From a virus, in IMG/VR virus record IMGVR_UViG_3300001865_000266, positions 1 to 43,168 of that record: 43,168 nt of DNA. One strand, written 5' to 3'. The notes under the pieces were generated by a model. That model ran no database searches, was not told the origin of the DNA, and saw nothing but the letters and a program-made list of their open reading frames with translations. Positions 18,994 to 28,548 of the stretch are shown in pieces (the stretch's first letter is position 1; each line of letters starts with the position of its first letter). The translations under genes were made by a program, and so were the position numbers.

Positions 18994-20241
18994 GTCGTCA
19001 ACCTCCTTAATTGACTTTTCAGTAGTAGTTTTATCTCGCTCATTTTGAGCAGTAGTTATTAATTCTTTAAGGCCATCCAAAGCAGTCTGTGCCTTTTCAT
19101 GAGCTTTGTTAAGTGTGTCAAGAGTAGCATTGCTTATACTTCGGCCTGCTTTAAAAACGGAGTTACGTTTAATACTTGTAAAAATAGCATTTTGTACACA
19201 TGGTCTATCTACAAAAGAAACAGTTACAGGAACTGGGTTTTCAATGTCTTTGATTAAGGTACGTTTATTAGCATAAAGTTGAGCTAATACATCAGTTTCA
19301 CTTTTTGTTGCAGCTATAGATTCTAAAAGTTTTTCCGCATCTTTTTCTGAAATATAAGTCCCACTATATCCTTTATAGGTTCCATCCTGGATCTTATTCC
19401 ATGTTTCATCGTCAGTTACTTTAGATCCAATCATCCAAGTACTAACAGGATATGTAATTTCTTCACCCAAAATATTAGTCAAAGTTTCTTCTTGTTTAAG
19501 AGTGTAATTTTCTACAACATCTCCAGTTTGTATTCCATTTGCACCATAAGTGTGCATGTCATCATTGATTCTAAAAGTATTGAATTTATGGCAGAAATCT
19601 TCAACCTCGCTAGGTGTGAATACTTTTTCGCCGCGTTCAAAATCACAATCTGGACAACCAGGAATCATCACTGGACCATAAACAATGCGTTTAGCATCAT
19701 CTTTAGAAACAAATGTTCCCATTTTCATTGCTTCAAATGTTTTAACTTCTTGTACTGGTTCTGATGTTCCAAGTGTAACTTTGCCTTGATCATCAATGGA
19801 ATAAGGGATTTTGAATGTTTCTTCAGAATAGTCATAAGTGACAGGATCTTCTGTTCCAATATAAACAACAACATGATCATCATAAGTTGCATATATTCCA
19901 CAATATTGATTACGTGATAATCCATCTTGAATAGCTGAAATGATTAGATATTGTTTTTCTTCGTAACTTCCCTGTGCTCTTGCGTATTTCACTGCTTCAT
20001 AGTTAGTTACTGCTTGAACTTCTGTTGATTCGCCAAGGGTTATTTCTCCACTTTTCTCATCAACTGTGAACTCTGCCTTGTAAAATTTGTCATCGTCCCA
20101 ATTTGTTAGAATTGTTGAACCGGCCATGATTGGATCTGCAGGTTCGATATCTTGTGGCCATACTCTTGAATTAGAATCTTTGTTCTCGTTAGCTTTGGCT
20201 CTGATTTTATCTTGAAGCTCACTATACGTTTTTGGTATCAT
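18571..20241 (-). CDS. XkdF-like prohead protease fused to scaffold
   Basis: KRIVYGPVMIP...DDMH...WMIGSKV.DDETWNKIQDGTYKGYS; coiled-coil C-terminus. Confidence 0.85.
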   Translation of the reverse strand: MIPKTYSELQDKIRAKANENKDSNSRVWPQDIEPADPIMAGSTILTNWDDDKFYKAEFTVDEKSGEITLGESTEVQAVTNYEAVKYARAQGSYEEKQYLIISAIQDGLSRNQYCGIYATYDDHVVVYIGTEDPVTYDYSEETFKIPYSIDDQGKVTLGTSEPVQEVKTFEAMKMGTFVSKDDAKRIVYGPVMIPGCPDCDFERGEKVFTPSEVEDFCHKFNTFRINDDMHTYGANGIQTGDVVENYTLKQEETLTNILGEEITYPVSTWMIGSKVTDDETWNKIQDGTYKGYSGTYISEKDAEKLLESIAATKSETDVLAQLYANKRTLIKDIENPVPVTVSFVDRPCVQNAIFTSIKRNSVFKAGRSISNATLDTLNKAHEKAQTALDGLKELITTAQNERDKTTTEKSIKEVDDMNEDELKTFVEKSVKDATQPLKDELEAQKTENTTFKEEIEALKKEPEESSIKCACGKELHEDDKFCGACGKAHPGEEEKETEVSVKTEDDPVIKGILNTQNLIVEKLGIDPNSQSLNSPESTPESTATKRKSIKEMAERK

Positions 20242-20430
20242 ATTTACCTCCTTTAAATTAGTTTAGAAAAAATAATTATAAACTTCGTCATACCGTGGTT
20301 TAAAGAAGTTCATCCAAATTTTTATTTTAATAACTCTTTAAACTGAATTCCAAGCTTAAATCATCGTTATTTAAAATCAGTGAATTAAACAAAATAGTAA
20401 AAATAAAAAAATTAATGAAAAATGTTCAAA

Positions 20431-20580
20431 CTACTCTAATGAATCCAAAACTTCTTTGTGTCTATCTAAACATTTTTCAAGATCTTCAGGAGTAGTGGTT
20501 AATTTACATTCTGCCATAATCTCTGTGGCCTTCTTTAACTTCTTTTGATTTTTCATCTGTTTCTTTAAAAAGTTCTTCAT
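20431..20580 (-). CDS. 49-aa hypothetical protein (not in track)
   Basis: GGAGGTG SD; MKNFLKKQMKNQKKLKKATEIMAECKLTTTPEDLEKCLDRHKEVLDSLE. Confidence 0.55.
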   Translation of the reverse strand: MKNFLKKQMKNQKKLKKATEIMAECKLTTTPEDLEKCLDRHKEVLDSLE

Positions 20581-20591
20581 CTAAACACCTC

Positions 20592-21539
20592 CTAAATTGC
20601 ACTTAAAACAGCAGGATTAACATCAACCATTCCAACCATCTTGTCCCCTACTAATGTCATGTCGTAATATTGTGCTGGATCTTCAGCTTTGGTCTGTGGA
20701 TCTTCAGCTGCAACGATTATATCTTCGCAGTTTGTATGCCATGGAGGGAACCCTTCTGGTGGATTCTCTATTGGATAAGGACCATTTGCTGCTAACTCTT
20801 CACACTCAGGACATGCATTTGGACCATTTACAGCATCCCACATTGTGACTCCATATTGTCTGAAACTTACTTCTAATCCTTGATTTCTGGCTCTTGGTGC
20901 TTCAGTTTTAGCAATCATCTGAGCCCGTTCTACCATTGAATATGTGCGTTTACCACTCTGTAACGGTTTGATTCCAACTGTTTCTAGGTTCGCTGCAATC
21001 TTTTTGATTCCTAAATCATTGGCTACACCATTCCAAACTTCTGTTCTAATACTTTCTTTAACATCAGAAGATAACTGTCGGACCAATCCAAAGTTATATT
21101 GAGTTAATCGGAACAATGCATTGGTATCAACTTGACTTGTAAATGCTTTGACTTCCATATCTTTGAAGCCTGTTGTCTTGCCTAAGTCATAGAAACTTTT
21201 CACATAACCTCCAATAGTCTTGGCATTGGTGTATATGATTTTATCCATCTTTGGCTCAATGGCCATTAGAAAATCAGCTTTTTGGATGTCATTTGCTTCA
21301 GCTTCTTTTAAGTAATTAACACTAATCTCCACTTGTTGATTCATGAGGCCATTAATTAAATTGTAGAATTCCTCACTTTGAGGAAGTGGCCATCCTTCAC
21401 CTTCTTTAATAGCAAAGTGTTTAAGTTCCTCGTCAGTATAAGAGTCATAGGTCCAAGGAGTAGGTTGTGCTTTGAGTTGTAAAATAGCCTTATCTGTGGC
21501 TTTGATTGCAGAGTTAATCAGATTATGTGGAGTTTTCAT
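20592..21539 (-). CDS. Mu gpF/SPP1 gp7-like minor head protein
   Basis: RAQMIAKTEAPRARNQG...CPEC...PPWHTNC motif. Confidence 0.9.
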   Translation of the reverse strand: MKTPHNLINSAIKATDKAILQLKAQPTPWTYDSYTDEELKHFAIKEGEGWPLPQSEEFYNLINGLMNQQVEISVNYLKEAEANDIQKADFLMAIEPKMDKIIYTNAKTIGGYVKSFYDLGKTTGFKDMEVKAFTSQVDTNALFRLTQYNFGLVRQLSSDVKESIRTEVWNGVANDLGIKKIAANLETVGIKPLQSGKRTYSMVERAQMIAKTEAPRARNQGLEVSFRQYGVTMWDAVNGPNACPECEELAANGPYPIENPPEGFPPWHTNCEDIIVAAEDPQTKAEDPAQYYDMTLVGDKMVGMVDVNPAVLSAI

Positions 21540-23145
21540 AAGATTTCTTTGCCTCCTTTAAATCTTGTTTAAACTCTTCTAAAACTTTAGCCACTCCTGG
21601 AGGGATTAAAATATTCCCATCGTCTAATGTTATAGGTTGTCCATTGATATAATAAGCTTGTAATGCTGGATGTTCTAAAACTTTTTCTGGAACGTTGAAC
21701 CCACGTTTAGCAGCCCATTTATTTATGATGTCGATTGGTCTGGCCCCGGCCATGTTGAATAATATTTGATCTATATTTACTTCTTGTTGGAGATCATCAG
21801 TGTCTATTTCTTCAAGTTTGAGCTTCCAATCCTTGAATCCAAATCCTTTTTTTCCCCAGATGATATGTTTGTTGATAAGATCTTCCCATCTTCTCTGTCT
21901 AGGAGTTATGACACGATTCTTATAATTTTTATTAGATTGTCTTGCTGTATCCCCACCAAGTGCTCCTGTGTCACGAATTCCTATTTGGCTCGGATCTAAC
22001 CGATGTGCAGCCATGACTTCTTTACTATTGTCTAATCTGTAAAGTCTCCAACTACTATCTTTTATATCTACAGAAATCTTTTCGAACTTGACATCTACAG
22101 CAATATCTCCATTGTCATTAGGTATTAAAAGAACCATTCCACTTCCAGGATTACCTATATTCTCTTTAAGTCTGGCTTCTAAAGTCGCTTGCAATATCGA
22201 AGATCCTTCTATCTCTTTTCCATCTTCATCTTTGAGAGGTTTATCATCAAAATCTCCTGTAATGAACACAGCATAAGTAGGCATTCCAAAATTTTTAAAC
22301 CAAACTAAGTTATAGTCAACTGCTGCTTTGTCTCCAAGCATTGTTGTTCTTACTGGAATCCAATCTGGAGTACCATAATAACTAGTTTTAGAACTATAAT
22401 TATAATCATAAATTAAATCATTAGCAATTTCAAAAGCAGATAAATTATTAGGTCTCAAAATTACTTCGCCTGTGTTAACATTAACATCAAATTCTTGACC
22501 ATCCTGCTCTATGGTTACATCATTTTCTGGCGTATAATGAAGTACCTCATCTATATATTTGTACCACTTTCTTACAATTCCATCCCATGTTTGCATGAAA
22601 CGGTTCTTATCACGATGGATTCTTAAGGTGTGTCCATGGACATGGACTAACTTTAATGGTTTACCTGTAGATACCCCTCCAACCCTAATAAGTTCAAGAC
22701 CACCAAAACCAACCTGTTCCTCATCCTCAGCTGCCCTTGTAATTATCTCAGTTATTGAAGGAACACAATTATTAATGAATTCTTCAAGAACTTTCTTTTC
22801 AGCATCACTAGGATTATCAACTAAAGGTTCTAATCTACACCCCAAACCTGCAACATCAACAGCTTTGGTTTTAACACTGCTTGAATGGTAAGTGTTAACA
22901 TCTGAAAAGCCTATTAATATTTTTGGATTGAAAGGTGGTTTAACTAGTCCATAAACGTCATAATTACTTACTAATGATTCTGGAGCTTGTTTGCTGTTTT
23001 CTCCAAGGTTACTTTTTGTTGCTGCAATTCTTTCAGTGAATGGATCCTTATCTTGTTCAGGATTTGGTTTCATTGCATACTCATCGAGAGTGCGTTTAAG
23101 CACGACTTGACCTGTATCTGTACAAAATGCTACTGGTTGACTCAT
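21523..23145 (-). CDS. Portal protein
   Basis: YYGTPDW...WFKNFGMP...AAHRLDPSQIG...VITPRQ; follows TerL. Confidence 0.9.
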   Translation of the reverse strand: MSQPVAFCTDTGQVVLKRTLDEYAMKPNPEQDKDPFTERIAATKSNLGENSKQAPESLVSNYDVYGLVKPPFNPKILIGFSDVNTYHSSSVKTKAVDVAGLGCRLEPLVDNPSDAEKKVLEEFINNCVPSITEIITRAAEDEEQVGFGGLELIRVGGVSTGKPLKLVHVHGHTLRIHRDKNRFMQTWDGIVRKWYKYIDEVLHYTPENDVTIEQDGQEFDVNVNTGEVILRPNNLSAFEIANDLIYDYNYSSKTSYYGTPDWIPVRTTMLGDKAAVDYNLVWFKNFGMPTYAVFITGDFDDKPLKDEDGKEIEGSSILQATLEARLKENIGNPGSGMVLLIPNDNGDIAVDVKFEKISVDIKDSSWRLYRLDNSKEVMAAHRLDPSQIGIRDTGALGGDTARQSNKNYKNRVITPRQRRWEDLINKHIIWGKKGFGFKDWKLKLEEIDTDDLQQEVNIDQILFNMAGARPIDIINKWAAKRGFNVPEKVLEHPALQAYYINGQPITLDDGNILIPPGVAKVLEEFKQDLKEAKKSYENST

Positions 23146-23161
23146 CTTAACTCCTCAAATT

Positions 23162-24562
23162 CTATGCAATAATACTTGCTCCTTTCCTTCTAAGTTTAAT
23201 ATATCCATAAGCCACTGCATCTACAATATCATCATTTTTTCCTTCAGGGAATGCTTTAAATTCTGAATTAATTGCTTCAGTAAGTTTAAGATCGTTAATA
23301 GCAAAAAAGACTTTTTCATCTTGAATACCATATTTAAGAGGTGTTCCCCTGTCCGGTTTGCTTTTAATTGGAATAGATCGTCTGACACGATACCCTTTGA
23401 GTTGACGTTTCCATTCATCCCAGAGTAGATTTCCATCTCCAGTTTTAGCAAATTCTAAAAGAATAATTACATCTGGACCGTCGCGTTTGGCCGTGTTTAA
23501 GACCATATCTTTAGTGTTATTCTCACCAGTCTCCTCTTTCTCCCTACCAAACTGACCACGTATAAGTTCTAATACTCCAACACGGCCTTTATTAGTACGG
23601 CACATCAAGGCCCCGACCGTATAGTCGGCATGTAATGTTTCACCACTTGACAGATCCCAACTACGCATTCTTTTAATAATCTTCTCTCCAGGTTGAAGAG
23701 ATTCATATTTAAGTGCATCCACATCGAAGAAATCAGATGTTTCGTCTAAAGGTTTTTGTTGCCAAATAGCACTGAATAAACGTTCTCCAACAACGCCGAG
23801 TTTGGAGTTTAATTCTTTAAGGGAATACTGTTCAGGCCATAAAGTAGTTCCATCTTCTTTAATGGCTGAAAAGGTTATGAATTTAAATAAATCTGATAAT
23901 TTTTCTTTAAAGTACCCGATAAGATCATCACTATGCCATCGGGTGTGTAAAACTAATAATTTTGTATGTGGTTCTAATCTTTGGATAATAATTCTTTTGA
24001 ACCAATCTATTTTCTTCTTTAATGCTGTGGGGGTGAGTTCATCCTCTTCACCTTTATAAGGGTCATCTACAATTATGTAATCTGCATCTTGACCTGTGAT
24101 TGAACCTGAAGCACCTGTTAATCTAATACTTCCACGGTATAAGTTGCCGTCTTTATCACAGAACTTTAAATGGGTGCTGCTATGCTTAACATCACTAAGA
24201 TAAACATTAAATCTGGGGCCATGTTTCTTTATAAGTTCTCTAAGATCTATACCAAACTTCTCTGCAAGTGTATTTGTATTTGATACGATGAGAATATTTA
24301 AATTAGGATTATCAAAGATAAGCCATAATGGATAGGCTATTGTAACCATTGAAGATTTACTATGCCTTGGAGGCATTGAAATAGCTAAATGTTTTTTTAA
24401 TTTACCAAGAGTTAAAGCCATTAAATGTCTTGAAAGATCTTTGATATGTTTAGCAGGTTTTGCATCAGATCCAAAATGTTCTTGAGTTACAAATAATCTA
24501 TAAAAAAGGTATAAATCATTTATAAAGCGAGGATCCAAATCATTCTGCATCATACCCTTCAC
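23162..24562 (-). CDS. Terminase large subunit
   Basis: Walker A MPPRHSKS, Walker B IIVDDP, nuclease RSWDLS...DYTVG...DDIVDA. Confidence 0.95.
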   Translation of the reverse strand: MKGMMQNDLDPRFINDLYLFYRLFVTQEHFGSDAKPAKHIKDLSRHLMALTLGKLKKHLAISMPPRHSKSSMVTIAYPLWLIFDNPNLNILIVSNTNTLAEKFGIDLRELIKKHGPRFNVYLSDVKHSSTHLKFCDKDGNLYRGSIRLTGASGSITGQDADYIIVDDPYKGEEDELTPTALKKKIDWFKRIIIQRLEPHTKLLVLHTRWHSDDLIGYFKEKLSDLFKFITFSAIKEDGTTLWPEQYSLKELNSKLGVVGERLFSAIWQQKPLDETSDFFDVDALKYESLQPGEKIIKRMRSWDLSSGETLHADYTVGALMCRTNKGRVGVLELIRGQFGREKEETGENNTKDMVLNTAKRDGPDVIILLEFAKTGDGNLLWDEWKRQLKGYRVRRSIPIKSKPDRGTPLKYGIQDEKVFFAINDLKLTEAINSEFKAFPEGKNDDIVDAVAYGYIKLRRKGASIIA

Positions 24563-25109
24563 TTTCTAAAATGTTCTTCTGAGTTTCTTTATTAAATGAA
24601 GTAGATTCTGAAGTCGAATGTTCCTGCTTTATCTTACCTGTCTGCTCAACATGTTCAGTTGCAGCACCTCTAGCAAGTCTTTCATTTCTTACTCCAATCT
24701 CCCATGTTCGGGCAGCTGCATTTCTTCGACCTTCAGGTGATGCTTTATATTCTTCAGCTGAATACCCAACTTCTTTTAAATCATCTAAAGCTGCATCTTG
24801 AACTATTCTAGCATCTTTAGCCTGTCGTTCATTCATCTCTTCAATTGCCTTCCAATTCTTTTTGAGTCTCTCCTCATCCAAAAAATCATCATAGGCACTT
24901 GCACGTTTCACCCAATCATAGTTTCGAGAATACTTCTCGATCATCTGCGAAGATATTGTTTCATCCTTATCTTCTTGGTACTTTACCCTTACTTTTTCCA
25001 AAGATCTTGTTGGACCAAGGTCTCTATAAATAGTAAATAATAAAAATGCCTTATCACGTTCATACTCGGCACGTTTCCAAATTTGGGAATCTTCAGACAT
25101 TTGAATCAC
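24540..25109 (-). CDS. Terminase small subunit (putative)
   Basis: AFLLFTIYRDLGPTRSLEKV...YDWVKRASAYD HTH pattern; overlaps TerL. Confidence 0.8.
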   Translation of the reverse strand: MIQMSEDSQIWKRAEYERDKAFLLFTIYRDLGPTRSLEKVRVKYQEDKDETISSQMIEKYSRNYDWVKRASAYDDFLDEERLKKNWKAIEEMNERQAKDARIVQDAALDDLKEVGYSAEEYKASPEGRRNAAARTWEIGVRNERLARGAATEHVEQTGKIKQEHSTSESTSFNKETQKNILESEGYDAE

Positions 25110-25292
25110 TTTGAACTAAATTGATATAAATTGATTAAAAATAGGGTAAAAATTACTAGAAATGATATAAAAATTAACTTCTTTTGTATCGAGATTTAAG
25201 ATAATTTAATGCAATTCTATGATCTTCAGGTGTTGGTGGAGGTCCTTGATAATAAGAGAAATGTTTTATGTATGGATTATAAATGGTCTGAC

Positions 25293-25484
25293 TCATAGTT
25301 CTGCAACCTTTGACTCTTCAACTATCAACATATCCCCGCCACATGGACATGTATAAACAAATAATTTACCATTTTGAATAGTCCCATACTTCTTGATAAA
25401 TTCGAGAGCATCCTTACCGTAGATATTTGCTTCGTTTGACACCCCACATTTAGAACATCTTAAATTGAATTTCAAGGTTCTCAA
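25293..25484 (-). CDS. Small Zn-ribbon protein
   Basis: CSKC...CPCG. Confidence 0.6.
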   Translation of the reverse strand: MRTLKFNLRCSKCGVSNEANIYGKDALEFIKKYGTIQNGKLFVYTCPCGGDMLIVEESKVAEL

Positions 25485-25500
25485 GCCTTCTTTGTGATTA

Positions 25501-25776
25501 TTAATATAATTTGATTACAACGAGTAATCCACCTAAAAATGTGATTAACATTAAAATAAAAAATCCTAATATCCAATTCATTTTACTATTTAAATCTTTA
25601 AATCCGTCGTTCATTTCTTGTCTAAGAGTTTTATCTGCTTCTTTAAGAGTTCCATTTGCTTCTTCTTTGGCACCCATAAATTTGTTTACTATACTTTTGA
25701 ACCTAAATAGTTCTCTTAAATCTTTGTCGGTTCTCTCAAAATCCGATTCATGTTTACATTCATGATCTGGTGTCAT
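25501..25776 (-). CDS. Coiled-coil protein with C-terminal TM helix (holin/XhlA-like)
   Basis: KMNWILGFFILMLITFLGGLLVVIKLY terminal helix. Confidence 0.55.
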   Translation of the reverse strand: MTPDHECKHESDFERTDKDLRELFRFKSIVNKFMGAKEEANGTLKEADKTLRQEMNDGFKDLNSKMNWILGFFILMLITFLGGLLVVIKLY

Positions 25777-25815
25777 TTTAATCAGATTCCTAAAAAAATA
25801 AAAAGGATAAAAAAT

Positions 25816-26019
25816 TTATGGTTCTTCTATGATGTCGTCGGATGCTGATGTATCAGTGTTACTTGTTACCTGTGATATTCCCATGCCTGTTACAAATCCA
25901 CCAAGTATACCTAAAGCCACACTGGTAGGATTGGCCTGTCCTAAAAATAAGGCTATTACTCCTATAATTCCTACAAATGCAATTATTTCCATTATAACTT
26001 TTTCGCTAAGTACCATCAT
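25816..26019 (-). CDS. Small two-TM membrane protein (holin-like)
   Basis: Two hydrophobic helices, acidic tail; GGAGG SD before dual ATG ATG start. Confidence 0.55.
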   Translation of the reverse strand: MMVLSEKVIMEIIAFVGIIGVIALFLGQANPTSVALGILGGFVTGMGISQVTSNTDTSASDDIIEEP

Positions 26020-26020
26020 A

Positions 26021-26236
26021 TTAATCCTCCACAATTTTATCATTCGCAATATATCTCCAGTCATCTACATCTTCATCGTAGTAGACTTCCATTCCGTTTA
26101 TCAATGTTTTTCCGTGAATAATTTGTACCGCCTCCGATACAGACTAATCTTCAAATGGTTTTTGTGAATAAAATAAATTTAACATGTGAAATTCAATGTA
26201 TTCTTCTTCGCTGCAATAATCTTCCTTGTCGGTCAT
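26021..26236 (-). pseudogene. Acidic 71-codon frame split by in-frame TAG (26144..26146)
   Basis: Frame open on both sides of the TAG; ATGA-coupled start. Confidence 0.35.
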
Positions 26237-26385
26237 TTGCCCGCCTTCCAAGGTAGTCCTTCCATTGGACATTCTTTATTGAGGCATTCGTAATATTTCC
26301 CAAATGGGTTCCATTCAACCCTATGTCTACAATAACTACACACTGGGCCTTTAACTCCAATGGTTTTAGAACCTTTTGGCTTCAT
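26233..26385 (-). CDS. 50-aa Zn-finger protein (not in track)
   Basis: MKPKGSKTIGVKGPVCSYCRHRVEWNPFGKYYECLNKECPMEGLPWKAGK. Confidence 0.6.
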   Translation of the reverse strand: MKPKGSKTIGVKGPVCSYCRHRVEWNPFGKYYECLNKECPMEGLPWKAGK

Positions 26386-26464
26386 GGAAACACCAAAGTA
26401 ATACTAATTTATGGAATTTTTATAAAAATACGGTGATTTTTATTCAATTGTAATACTTTTATTA

Positions 26465-26690
26465 AAAAATAAAAGATTGTGGAGGTTGAAAGATTTACCA
26501 ATAAGATTAGGTAAACTCCACAATCCTGTAAAAATAAAGAGATTGAGGGAACATAAATCAGGTGGTTTTGGTGATTAAATGAAACAAAAAATGGTTTCCC
26601 TCAACTCTGAAATAAAAATTAAAGATGGTAGTTGGGGTTTTTTAAACCCCTACGAAATGAGTTCTGCATGAGGTAACTACCCTTTGAATG
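26465..26690 (-). terminator. Three tandem stem-loops each followed by a U-tract (terminators or small RNAs)
   Basis: Inverted repeats GATTGTGGAG/CTCCACAATC, GAGATTGAGGGAAC/GTTTCCCTCAACTC, GGTAGTT/AACTACC, each preceded on + by an A-rich tract. Confidence 0.6.
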
Positions 26691-27090
26691 AATCGTAACT
26701 AATCTTTTTATAACTGCTATAACTTGGGGGGCCATCTTTAACTAGACCACATTTGATACAAACTGTTTCGGCCCTTATTTCATCATAAATAAAATCTGTA
26801 CTTTCACAATCACTGCAACGATTAATATCATGATCAGTGGGAAGGGAAGCTGTTTCCGATATCACCCTTGAGAAAGACAGTGTTTCGGGGCTTCCCAATA
26901 AATAGAATCCACATCTACATGTTTTGAGGATTCTGCCTTTGAGAGTTAAAGCTTCATCACAGTAATAGCATTTACCCTCATTAATTGATTTAAGAAATTC
27001 AGTGTTCCAAAAATAATTAGGTTCAGGTTTCATAATCTTTTCAGAGTTATTGCTTTCTATATAATGCCTTACGCCATTAGAAACCATCAT
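26677..27090 (-). CDS. Double Zn-ribbon protein with TFB/TFIIB-type ribbon
   Basis: CSDCESTDFIYDEIRAETVCIKCGLV; also CYYC...CRCG. Confidence 0.75.
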   Translation of the reverse strand: MMVSNGVRHYIESNNSEKIMKPEPNYFWNTEFLKSINEGKCYYCDEALTLKGRILKTCRCGFYLLGSPETLSFSRVISETASLPTDHDINRCSDCESTDFIYDEIRAETVCIKCGLVKDGPPSYSSYKKISYDSFKG

Positions 27091-27464
27091 GTTGAATATC
27101 TCCTTAACCTCAAAGCTTTCAGTTGGTTTTCAACTAAAGTTTTTTCCTTGTCAAAATTTGGATTTCTATTTTTCCCAAGTCCAGTTCTCATTGAACCTAA
27201 TGCTAATTGATCGCTTCTTATAACTGTCCAGTTTCCATTATTATCATAATATTCCATGAATTGTGTACGTTGAATTTGTCTTTTCTTAAAATTATTCTGA
27301 TTATGCCTTCGGTCTTTATATTGTCTCCTACATTCATCTGAACAGTGAACTTGTCGATTATGTTTGACTAAAAAATATGAATCACAGTTTTTGCATTGTT
27401 TGATTACGCCTTCAATTTTTAAATTAAATAGCATACTGATAAGGATACCTTCATTATCTACCAA
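27087..27464 (-). CDS. Treble-clef-type Zn-finger protein
   Basis: KQCKNCDSYF...QVHCSDECRR. Confidence 0.65.
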   Translation of the reverse strand: MVDNEGILISMLFNLKIEGVIKQCKNCDSYFLVKHNRQVHCSDECRRQYKDRRHNQNNFKKRQIQRTQFMEYYDNNGNWTVIRSDQLALGSMRTGLGKNRNPNFDKEKTLVENQLKALRLRRYST

Positions 27465-27515
27465 AATAATGCCTCCAATTAAAATTAAAATAATTAAAAA
27501 ATTAAAAATATAAAA

Positions 27516-27974
27516 TTAGTTGAGTTGGTCTAATTCCTCTGAAACTATTTTGTAAATGATATGTCCTGATAAAAAATCAATGAAATAACCTAATGATTTC
27601 CTTTTTCCATTAATATAAATTCTAGAATGAAATTTTTTTGACTGGTTATGCCAATAAATTCCAACTGGCCAAAGTCCATGATTTTTTCTATGCTGATTAT
27701 TTTTTCGGTTAGTGACTATTTCCAGATTACATCTTCGATTATCAAGTGTGTCATGGTTTTTATGGTGGACTTGTAATCCTTTTGAAGGTTTTTTAATTAC
27801 TCTTGACATTAAAATAGTTCGTGTACGATTATTTTTTTGTATAGTTCGTTCTGCATAATAACTTGATGTATTTTTAAACCAATGTGCATGCCATTTGAAT
27901 TGATTCAAATATTCAAAATCTTCATCATCTACTAAAGCATATTGTTCTTGTGTCAATTTAATTTTTTTAACCAT
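27516..27974 (-). CDS. HNH homing endonuclease with AP2-like domain
   Basis: ALVDDEDFEYLNQFKW...VHHKNHDTLDNRRCNL...GIYWH...KRKSLGYF. Confidence 0.9.
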   Translation of the reverse strand: MVKKIKLTQEQYALVDDEDFEYLNQFKWHAHWFKNTSSYYAERTIQKNNRTRTILMSRVIKKPSKGLQVHHKNHDTLDNRRCNLEIVTNRKNNQHRKNHGLWPVGIYWHNQSKKFHSRIYINGKRKSLGYFIDFLSGHIIYKIVSEELDQLN

Positions 27975-28113
27975 ATTATCTCCTCAATAATAGGGTGCGA
28001 CCATTAGAACATTTAAATAGTTAAAATTTTACTTTAAAAATTTATTACAATCCATCAAAAAACCTCCTTGCAATAGCTAATACAGATTTAAAATGCAAAA
28101 ATAAGTTAAAAAT

Positions 28114-28341
28114 TTATCTAAGTCCTAAAATTCCATAAACAATAATCACTGTAATTATCCACGATATCGGGAATATGTGCCAATGTTTTATCAGTTCTCT
28201 TACTAAAACATCTGTTTTATAATTTAAAGTAAGATATGGTGTGATAATAGTCAAATATCTACTCCACAAAACTCCATTTTCTTCTTTGAAATATCTTAGA
28301 TTTGATGGACATATCCATACATTTTGTCTGTATTTACTCAA
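28114..28341 (-). CDS. Hypothetical membrane protein
   Basis: C-terminal hydrophobic helix; overlap-coupled. Confidence 0.5.
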   Translation of the reverse strand: MSKYRQNVWICPSNLRYFKEENGVLWSRYLTIITPYLTLNYKTDVLVRELIKHWHIFPISWIITVIIVYGILGLR

Positions 28342-28547
28342 TTTACTGGCTCCTTTTGAGTTTTAGATTTATCCATCCATTGGCATTTTCTTTCATGGCA
28401 TTTAATTAGTGGAAGTCCTGTGCTTAGCAATTCTATAACCATGTTTATTGTGTCTTTATTTCCTTGGAATGTGCATATTAAATGTGGTTGTTTGTGTAAT
28501 GTACCTGTAGCATTTGGATCTTCAAATTCTGCTCCAACTTCTGGCAT
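28338..28547 (-). CDS. Hypothetical protein
   Basis: Coupled ORF in early operon. Confidence 0.5.
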   Translation of the reverse strand: MPEVGAEFEDPNATGTLHKQPHLICTFQGNKDTINMVIELLSTGLPLIKCHERKCQWMDKSKTQKEPVN

Positions 28548-28548
28548 G

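Noticed and set aside
17579-24562. Inteins or introns in capsid, portal or terminase
   Set aside because: Normal lengths and no intein terminal motifs
9570-26146. Genome-wide TAG recoding
   Set aside because: TAG ends normal genes (TMP, chaperone, 20431..20580); only one split ORF was seen
26465-26690. Mini-CRISPR array
   Set aside because: Units are not identical direct repeats with unique spacers
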